Origin: an uncultured Gemmatimonadales bacterium
GTDB taxonomy: Bacteria; Gemmatimonadota; Gemmatimonadetes; Gemmatimonadales; GWC2-71-9
Direction of reading: 5' to 3'
Length of the DNA stretch: 64,000 nucleotides
NCBI GenBank assembly: GCA_963795085.1
Contig: CAWCFX010000001.1
Coordinates: 768,001 to 832,000, forward strand
Shown: in pieces, positions 57,201 through 64,000 of the stretch
Layout of the letters: each line of letters begins with the position of its first letter
Numbering within the stretch: the stretch's first letter is position 1
Translations under genes and position numbers: made by a program
Notes under the pieces: model-generated
What the model was told of the DNA's origin: nothing
What the model saw: the letters and a program-made list of their open reading frames with translations, nothing else
The model's database searches: none

Positions 57201-57800
57201 ATGCGTAAGCTCGTCCTTGTCGGGAGTGGAACCACGGCCCTGGCCCTCGCGGGTTTCTTCATCCTGCAGGGTGCCGGCGGTCCCACCCCCGCCGCGGCAC
57301 CCCAGGGCCAGCCGCCGGCGGCCCCCGCCAACCCGGTCGCCATCGAGGACACCGGGGCCCTGGCAGGACCCCGCCAGCCGATCTTCTTCCGCCACGACAT
57401 TCACGCCGGGCAGTACCAGATCCAGTGCCAGTACTGCCACTACTCCGTCAGCGTCTCGTCCGAGCCGGGCATCCCGACGGTGGAAACCTGCATGGGGTGC
57501 CACCTGGTCATCGCCGGGTCCGATAGCGGGGCCCGCACTGAAATCCGCAAACTCCGCCAGGCCAGCGCGGAGAAGAAACCCATCGAGTGGGTGCGGATCC
57601 ACGCCCTGGCCCGCCATGCGCACTTCCCCCACCAGCGGCATATCAAGGCGATGGGCCCCACCGCCTGCATGACCTGCCACGGCGACGTGCAGCGCATGCC
57701 CCAGGTGTACAAGGTCAACAACGTGACCAACATGGGCTTCTGCATTACCTGCCATATCGAACGAAAAGTCTCCCGCGACTGTACGGTGTGTCATTACTGA
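57201..57800 (+). CDS. actA: Alternative complex III pentahaem cytochrome c
   Basis: Five CxxCH motifs (CQYCH, CMGCH, CMTCH, CITCH, CTVCH); QPIFFRHDIHAG. Confidence 0.9.
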   Translation: MRKLVLVGSGTTALALAGFFILQGAGGPTPAAAPQGQPPAAPANPVAIEDTGALAGPRQPIFFRHDIHAGQYQIQCQYCHYSVSVSSEPGIPTVETCMGCHLVIAGSDSGARTEIRKLRQASAEKKPIEWVRIHALARHAHFPHQRHIKAMGPTACMTCHGDVQRMPQVYKVNNVTNMGFCITCHIERKVSRDCTVCHY

Positions 57801-57873
57801 AGGGGGCAAGGGGGCAAGGGGGCAAGGGGGCAAGAGGGCAAGGGGGCAAAAGGGGGCAGGGGGGCCAGGGGGT
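57800..57873 (+). repeat. 8-mer array (AAGGGGGC), about nine copies
   Basis: Starts on the last base of the actA stop codon. Confidence 0.92.
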
Positions 57874-57909
57874 ACGCAATCGATGATGCATCAGAATCCC
57901 GGAGCATGA

Positions 57910-60900
57910 ATGTCTGACGAAACCAGCCCAGCCGAAACCGGCACTCTCGACCGGCGGAAGTTCCTCACGGTGCTCGGCGTCACCGGGGGCGGCGCCGCGG
58001 TCCTGTCCGGCTGCTCGACCGACCGGATCGAGAAGCTGGTTCCCTACCTCGTCCAGTCCGAGAACCAGGTGCCCGGCGTCCCCACGGTCTATGCCAGCAC
58101 CTGTACCGAGTGCGCGGCCGCCTGCGGCCTCCACGTGCGGACCCGGGAGGGCCGGGCCATCAAGCTGGAAGGCAATCCCGAACACCCCGTCAATCGCGGC
58201 AAGCTCTGCTCCATGGGCCAGTCCTCGCTCCAGGCCCTCTACAACCCGGCCCGGCTCAAGGGCCCCATGGCGCGCGACGCGGCCGGCACCTTCACGGCGA
58301 TCACCTGGGACCAGGCCATCACCACCCTGGCGCAGCGGGTTTCCGCCGCGAACGGGCGCCTCGCGGTCATCTCGGGCGCCGGCCGGGGCACCTTCTCCGA
58401 CCTGCTGAGCGACTGGGCGGATGCCGCGGGCGGCCGGGTGGTGCGCTACCGGCCGCTCGACCACGAGGCGCTTCGCGCCGGCACCAGCCAGGTGTTCGGG
58501 TCCGACCAGCTCCCCGCCTACAACTTCGCCGCGGCCCGCTACATCCTCTCCTTCGGCGCCGACTTCCTGGAGCACTGGCATTCCCCGGTCGAAAACCAGC
58601 GCGGCTACGCCGAGGCGCGGGCGCCCAAAGACGGCGAAGCGGCGCGGCACGTGGCCATCGCGCCCCGGCTCTCGCTCACCGCGATGAACGCGGACGAGTG
58701 GCACGCCAGCCGGCCCGGCGGCGACACCGCCGTGGCCCTGGCCATGGCCAACGTGATCCTCGGCGAGCGCACCGGGTCGCCCGCGGATGCCAATGCCGTG
58801 CGGGGTGCCCTGGCGCGGTTCACCCCCGAAATGGCCGCTGAGGCCAGCGGGCTCGGCCCCGAGGTCATCCGCCGGCTGGCCCGGGAGTTCGCGTCGGCCA
58901 GTCCCAGCCTGGCCGTCGCCGGCGGCTTGGCCGACCAGCACCGCGGCGCCGGCGAACTCTGCGCGGCGGTCAACCTGCTGAACTACGTGGCGGGCAACGT
59001 CGGACGCACCGTCACCATGGGCGCCGATCTCGATCACGGCGACGGCTACGGCGCCATGGTCCAGCTGACGCAGCAGATGGGGCAGGGCCAGGTGGCGGTG
59101 CTGCTGGTGCACGATGCCAATCCCGCTTACACGCTGCCCAAGTCCCTGGGCTTCCCGGAACAGCTCACCAAGGTCGGGTTCAAGGTCTCCACGTCCATGT
59201 TCCTGGACGAGACCAGCGCCCAGTGCGACCTGATCCTCCCCGATCACCACGCCCTCGAGCGGTGGGGCGATGCCCGGCCCCGGGCCGGGGTGTATGGACT
59301 GCTTCAGCCGGTGATGGAACCGGTCTTCGGGCGGCGTCCCAACGAGGCCGGCACCATGGCCACCGGCGACCTGCTGCTCAAGACCGCGCAGAAAGCCGGC
59401 GGACCCCTGGCCCGCTTCACCGCGCCGACCTTCGAGGCCCACCTCAAGTCGGCGTTTGCCGCCGCCCACGGCAGCGACGCCGCCTGGCGCGAGGCGCTGG
59501 CCCGGGGCGGCATCTTTGCGGACGCCCCGGCGGCGCCCGCCTCCACCGGTTTGGGCGGCGGTGCCGGCCAGCCGGCCTTCACCCCGCCCGCCTTCGACGG
59601 CGACGGTGCTTTCTTCTTCGTTCCCGCCACCTCCGTGTACGGCGACGGCCGCGGCGCCAACCGGCCCTGGCTGCTGGAACTGCCCGACCCGGTCACCAAG
59701 GTGACCTGGCATTCCTGGGTCGAGATTCACCCGGAGGCCGCCCGCCGCCTCAACGTGAAAGACGGCGAGATCCTCCGGCTCACCTCGCCCGCCGGCAGCA
59801 TCGAGGCGCCGGCCTATGTCTTCGCCGGCATCCACCCCGAAGCGGTGGCGGTGCCGATGGGCCTGGGCCACACCCAGTACGGCGACTGGGCCAAAGACCG
59901 CGGCGTCAACCCGCTCGACCTGCTCGGCGCCCGGGACGGCAACGGATTCCTGCCCTATCAGTCCACCAGAGTCTCGGTCGAAAAGACCGGGGCCTGGGTC
60001 CAGCTGGCCCGCACCGAAGGCACCCCCCGGCAGCTGGGCCGCGGCATCGTCGGCGCCATGACCATCGAGGCGGTGCGGCAGGGCCAGACCCTCGAGGAGT
60101 ACGAGAAGAACGCCGGGCATGGCCACCACGAGGTCAACACCGAGCGCGAGGTGGAAGCCATCGAGGGCTTCTACCAGAGCCAGCAGGAGAAGCTCCAGCA
60201 CGGGGAGTACGCCCGGGAACACCCCCAGTGGGGCATGACCATCGACCTGGCCCGCTGCACCGGGTGCTCGGCCTGCGTGGTCGCCTGTTACGCCGAGAAC
60301 AACATCCCGATCGTGGGCGAGGACGAAGTGCGCCGGGGCCGCGAAATGACCTGGCTCCGGATCGAACGGTACTGGGAAGGCGGCGACGAAGGACATCCGC
60401 TGGAAGCCCGGGTCATTCCCATGCTGTGCCAGCACTGCGCCAGCGCCCCCTGCGAGCCGGTCTGCCCGGTGTACGCCTCCTATCACACCGCCGACGGGCT
60501 CAACGGCCAGGTCTACAACCGCTGCGTGGGAACCCGGTACTGCTCCAACAACTGTCCCTACAAGGTCCGCTACTTCAACTGGTTCGCCTACGCCAAGAAG
60601 GCCTTCCCGGAGCCGCTCAACCTGCAGCTCAATCCGGACGTGACGGTGCGGGCCCGCGGCGTGATGGAAAAGTGCACCTTCTGCGTGCAGCGGATCCGCG
60701 CCGTCCAGAACCAGGCCCGGCTGGACGACCGCGCGGTGCGGGACGGCGAGGTGGTCACCGCCTGCGCCCAGGCCTGCCCGTCCGACGCCATCGTGTTCGG
60801 CAACCGGGCGGACCCGGAGAGCCGGGTCAGCCGGACGGCGGGAGACCGGCGCGGCTACCACGTGCTGGAGGAGATCAACACCCGGCCCGCGATTACCTAC

Positions 60901-60936
60901 CTGGCGAAAGTCCTGCACCGGTCGGAGGCGCACTAA
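57910..60936 (+). CDS. actB: Alternative complex III ActB (molybdopterin-oxidoreductase-like plus Fe-S domain)
   Basis: Tat motif RRKFL, KLEGNPEHP, CTGCSACVVAC, CQHCASAPCEPVCP, CVGTRYCSNNCPYKVR, EKCTFC. Confidence 0.92.
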   Translation: MSDETSPAETGTLDRRKFLTVLGVTGGGAAVLSGCSTDRIEKLVPYLVQSENQVPGVPTVYASTCTECAAACGLHVRTREGRAIKLEGNPEHPVNRGKLCSMGQSSLQALYNPARLKGPMARDAAGTFTAITWDQAITTLAQRVSAANGRLAVISGAGRGTFSDLLSDWADAAGGRVVRYRPLDHEALRAGTSQVFGSDQLPAYNFAAARYILSFGADFLEHWHSPVENQRGYAEARAPKDGEAARHVAIAPRLSLTAMNADEWHASRPGGDTAVALAMANVILGERTGSPADANAVRGALARFTPEMAAEASGLGPEVIRRLAREFASASPSLAVAGGLADQHRGAGELCAAVNLLNYVAGNVGRTVTMGADLDHGDGYGAMVQLTQQMGQGQVAVLLVHDANPAYTLPKSLGFPEQLTKVGFKVSTSMFLDETSAQCDLILPDHHALERWGDARPRAGVYGLLQPVMEPVFGRRPNEAGTMATGDLLLKTAQKAGGPLARFTAPTFEAHLKSAFAAAHGSDAAWREALARGGIFADAPAAPASTGLGGGAGQPAFTPPAFDGDGAFFFVPATSVYGDGRGANRPWLLELPDPVTKVTWHSWVEIHPEAARRLNVKDGEILRLTSPAGSIEAPAYVFAGIHPEAVAVPMGLGHTQYGDWAKDRGVNPLDLLGARDGNGFLPYQSTRVSVEKTGAWVQLARTEGTPRQLGRGIVGAMTIEAVRQGQTLEEYEKNAGHGHHEVNTEREVEAIEGFYQSQQEKLQHGEYAREHPQWGMTIDLARCTGCSACVVACYAENNIPIVGEDEVRRGREMTWLRIERYWEGGDEGHPLEARVIPMLCQHCASAPCEPVCPVYASYHTADGLNGQVYNRCVGTRYCSNNCPYKVRYFNWFAYAKKAFPEPLNLQLNPDVTVRARGVMEKCTFCVQRIRAVQNQARLDDRAVRDGEVVTACAQACPSDAIVFGNRADPESRVSRTAGDRRGYHVLEEINTRPAITYLAKVLHRSEAH

Positions 60937-62283
60937 ATGGCGGTCATCGCTCCACCCACCCACGTGATCACCCAGACGCACGCGGAGGTCACCCGCGACG
61001 TCGTGGGCACGCTGAGCACGCCGAGCCGGGGCTACATGCTCCTGCTGGGCGGCGCGGTCGCGCTCTTCCTGGTCGGCCTGGTGACGTTCGTGATCGAACT
61101 CCGGGTCGGGCTGGGCGTGGCGGGCTACACGCCGCCGGTCATGTGGCTGGTGTACATCACGACCTTCGTGTTCTGGGTCGGCATCGGACACGCGGGGACC
61201 CTGATCAGCGCCATCCTGTTCCTGTTCCGCTCGCCCTGGCGCACCGTGGTGTACCGGGCCACCGAGGCGATGACCGTGTTCGCCGTCATGACCGCGGCGC
61301 TGTTTCCCATCATCCACATCGGGCGCCAGTGGTTCTTCTACTGGCTGCTGCCCTATCCCAACCAGCGGTTCCTGTGGCCCAACTTCAAGTCGCCGCTGGT
61401 GTGGGACGTGTTCGCCATCAGCACCTACCTCACGGTCTCCACCACCTTCCTGGTGGTGGGGCTGGTCCCCGATCTCGCCGCGGTGCGCGACAAGGTGGGC
61501 GGCTGGCGCAGCAAGGTGTACCAGATGTTCGCCATCGGGTGGAAGGGCACCGACAACCAGTGGCGCCATTACAGCCGGGCCTATCTCTACCTGGCCGCGC
61601 TGGCCACCCCGCTGGTGCTCTCGGTCCACTCGGTGGTGAGCTGGGACTTCGCCATGAGCATCGTGCCCGGCTGGCACGGGACCATTTTCGCGCCCTACTT
61701 CGTGGCCGGCGCCATCTATTCCGGCATCGGGATGGTCTTCACCCTGCTGATCCCGCTCCGCCGGGCGCTCAAGCTGGAGCACATGATCACCGAGTATCAC
61801 TTCGATAACCTGGCGAAGCTGACGCTCCTCACCGGCTCCATCCTCGCCTACGCCTACGCGATGGAATACTTCGTTGCCTGGTACAGCGGGAACGTGTTCG
61901 AACAGACCACCTTCTTCCGCCGCGCCTTCGGGCCCCAGTGGTGGGCCGGCTGGTCCATGATCATCTGCAACGCCTTCGTGTCCCAGCTGCTCTGGTTCCG
62001 GAAGATCCGCACCAACATGACGGCGCTGTTCATCATCTCGATCTTCATCAACATCGGGATGTGGTTCGAGCGGTACGTGATCATCGCCAGCTCGCTGGCC
62101 AACGATTACCTGCCCTACGCCTGGGGCCAGGCCAACCCGACCTGGGCCGACTGGGGCATCCTGCTCGGCTCCTTCGGCTGGTTCGGGATGTGGTTCCTGA
62201 TGTTCGCCCGCACCTTCCCGATCGTCGCCATCCAGGAGATCAAGGAATTGATTCCCTTCCCCCGGCGGAAAGGGGCGCACTGA
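60937..62283 (+). CDS. actC: Alternative complex III NrfD-type membrane subunit
   Basis: FVFWVGIGHAGTLISA, NFKSPLVWDVFA, SVHSVVSWDFA, GMWFERY. Confidence 0.95.
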   Translation: MAVIAPPTHVITQTHAEVTRDVVGTLSTPSRGYMLLLGGAVALFLVGLVTFVIELRVGLGVAGYTPPVMWLVYITTFVFWVGIGHAGTLISAILFLFRSPWRTVVYRATEAMTVFAVMTAALFPIIHIGRQWFFYWLLPYPNQRFLWPNFKSPLVWDVFAISTYLTVSTTFLVVGLVPDLAAVRDKVGGWRSKVYQMFAIGWKGTDNQWRHYSRAYLYLAALATPLVLSVHSVVSWDFAMSIVPGWHGTIFAPYFVAGAIYSGIGMVFTLLIPLRRALKLEHMITEYHFDNLAKLTLLTGSILAYAYAMEYFVAWYSGNVFEQTTFFRRAFGPQWWAGWSMIICNAFVSQLLWFRKIRTNMTALFIISIFINIGMWFERYVIIASSLANDYLPYAWGQANPTWADWGILLGSFGWFGMWFLMFARTFPIVAIQEIKELIPFPRRKGAH

Positions 62284-62795
62284 TGGCTACCACCGTCCCC
62301 GGCGTGCTCGCCTCGTTCGTCTATGTCGATGCGGCGGTCGGCGCCATCCGGGCCATCAAGCAGCAGGGCCGGAGCGACCTGACCGTGTACTCCGCGGCGC
62401 CCAACCACGAAATCGAAGCGGCCCTGGGCCACAAGGTGAGCCCGGTCCGGCTCTTTACCCTGGTCGGCGGCGTCACCGGCGTCATCGCGGGGCTGGCCAT
62501 GACCTACTGGATGTCGCTGGACTGGCCGCTCAACGTCGGCGGCAAGCCGATCGCCACGGTGCCCCCCTATGTCGTGTTCATGTTCGAGCTGATGGTGCTG
62601 GCCGGCGCCCTCGCCACGGTGGCGGGCGTCGTGATCCTGTCCGCCCTCTACCGGAAGAAAGGGGCGATGTACGATCCCCGGTTCACCGACGACCGGATCG
62701 GCATCTTCGTCCCCTGCGACCCCGCCGACGCGTCGGCGGTGGAAAACCTGCTCCGGAAGTTCGGCGCTGAGGAGATCCGACATGCGACGGCCTGA
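62283..62795 (+). CDS. actD: Alternative complex III subunit D (DUF3341)
   Basis: DWPLNVGGKP, FELMVL, YDPRFTDD. Confidence 0.9.
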   Translation: MATTVPGVLASFVYVDAAVGAIRAIKQQGRSDLTVYSAAPNHEIEAALGHKVSPVRLFTLVGGVTGVIAGLAMTYWMSLDWPLNVGGKPIATVPPYVVFMFELMVLAGALATVAGVVILSALYRKKGAMYDPRFTDDRIGIFVPCDPADASAVENLLRKFGAEEIRHATA

Positions 62796-63372
62796 GCGGC
62801 GGGCGCGGCTGGCCCTGTTCCTGACCCTGGGGCTCGGCGCCTGCCAGTTCTACTACGACAAGGTCCCCTCGCCCGACGACCTGATGCACATCGTGCCCTG
62901 GTTCGACGCCATGATCGGCGGGCCGGCGGTGCACCCCTACGAGTCGGGCGACCTGCCCCGCTACACCGTACCGGGAACCGTCCCGGTCACCGGCGGCGAG
63001 GCCGACTACGAGGCCGACTGGCGGGCGGCCCGCACCGCCCAGGCCGACGCCCTGGCCAACCCGACCGATCGCTCGGTCACGGCGCGGGGCGATTCCGCCT
63101 ACCAGACGTTCTGCGCCACCTGTCACGGGGCCGCCGGCGCCGGGGATGGGCTGGTCGGCCGCCGGATGGGTGCCCCCAGCCTGCTGACCGACCGGGCCCG
63201 CGCCTTCTCCGACGGCTATCTCTATTCCATCATCCGCTACGGCCGCGGCGTGATGCCCCGCTATGGGGACAAGATCTTCAATCCGGAGCATCGCTGGGCG
63301 GTGGTGAACTACCTGCGCATGCTGCAGGCGCAGGGCGCCCAGCCCGCCGCCGCGCCGGGAGCCACGCCATGA
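62782..63372 (+). CDS. actE: Alternative complex III monohaem cytochrome c lipoprotein
   Basis: LGAC lipobox, CATCHG, GRGVMP, RWAVVNYLR. Confidence 0.88.
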   Translation: MRRPERRARLALFLTLGLGACQFYYDKVPSPDDLMHIVPWFDAMIGGPAVHPYESGDLPRYTVPGTVPVTGGEADYEADWRAARTAQADALANPTDRSVTARGDSAYQTFCATCHGAAGAGDGLVGRRMGAPSLLTDRARAFSDGYLYSIIRYGRGVMPRYGDKIFNPEHRWAVVNYLRMLQAQGAQPAAAPGATP

Positions 63373-64000
63373 CCGAAGCCACCCTGCGCGAACGCCTCCT
63401 CTCCCAGCCGATCGGCGGGCGCTACCAGCCGTTCATGATCATGGGAGCCCTGCTCACGGTGCTGGGCAGCGTGCTGTTCATTCCCGCCCTGATGGGCGAG
63501 CATGCCGGCCGGGCCTGGCACCTGTTCCACGTCAACTGGCTCTTCTTTACCAGCCTGTCCGCCGGCAGCATTGCGCTGGCGGCGGTGCACAAGATCGCCA
63601 ACGCCAAGTGGTCCGGGGTGATCCTTCGCTTCGCGGAGGCCAACGTCGCCTTCCTGCCCCTGTCGTTCATCGGCTTCCTGCTGATCATCGGGCCCGGCTA
63701 CCACCACATCTTCCCCGAGTTCCACGGCCTCGGCCACAGCAAGGAACTCTGGCTCTCCCGGCCCTGGATGTTCTGGCGGCTGTTCATCGGGATCGGCGGC
63801 ATGACGGCCCTGGCCATCCTGCTGGTGCGGGCCGACATGATCGCCGACATGCACGCGCTGGCCTCCCGGGTCTCCGAGAGCACCCGGCGCCGCTTCGACG
63901 CCGCCGCCGGCCGGGCCCGGTACGATGGCAGCGTGGAGAGCGCCATCCGGCAGGAGCGGCGGATCCACCGGCTGGCGCCGGCCTATATCGTGGTGTACGC
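63369..64000 (+). CDS. actF: Alternative complex III subunit F, truncated by window edge
   Basis: Hand translation MTEATLRE..RAWHLFHVNWLFF..AKWSGVILRFAEA..KELWLSRPWMFWR; position after actE. Confidence 0.8.
   Translation, partial: MTEATLRERLLSQPIGGRYQPFMIMGALLTVLGSVLFIPALMGEHAGRAWHLFHVNWLFFTSLSAGSIALAAVHKIANAKWSGVILRFAEANVAFLPLSFIGFLLIIGPGYHHIFPEFHGLGHSKELWLSRPWMFWRLFIGIGGMTALAILLVRADMIADMHALASRVSESTRRRFDAAAGRARYDGSVESAIRQERRIHRLAPAYIVVY

Overview
High-GC bacterial chromosomal window. Gene content (several Ser/Thr kinase-TPR paralogues, an actABCDEF operon, lipoprotein subtilases) suggests Gemmatimonadota, by inference only. About 50 genes: an exported kinase-like protein cut by the left edge, two Npt/TLC-like nucleotide translocases, a degenerate HD (Mesh1/SAH-like) protein, queE/queC/queF, a frameshifted M1 aminopeptidase, speA, gltA, four Hanks-type kinases, an SSS transporter-nucleotidyltransferase-GHMP kinase module, acyl-CoA dehydrogenase, a TIGR03916-like radical SAM enzyme, multicopper oxidase, a K+/H+ antiporter, amtB with a glnA remnant upstream and an unannotated 43-aa membrane ORF downstream, dinB, two S8 proteases, pilT, a trmJ-like gene, a GxxExxY gene and alternative complex III running off the right edge. 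No rRNA, tRNA, CRISPR or classical IS was seen. Main leads: (1) ten intergenic 7-13 bp simple-repeat arrays that follow one polarity rule (G-rich arm after a stop codon, C-rich arm before a start), with a GxxExxY gene sitting between imperfect inverted arms of the same polarity; (2) an exported kinase-like gene divergent from an ATP/ADP translocase; (3) a Rex-like operator ahead of actA. All product calls come from motif recognition by eye; no searches were run.
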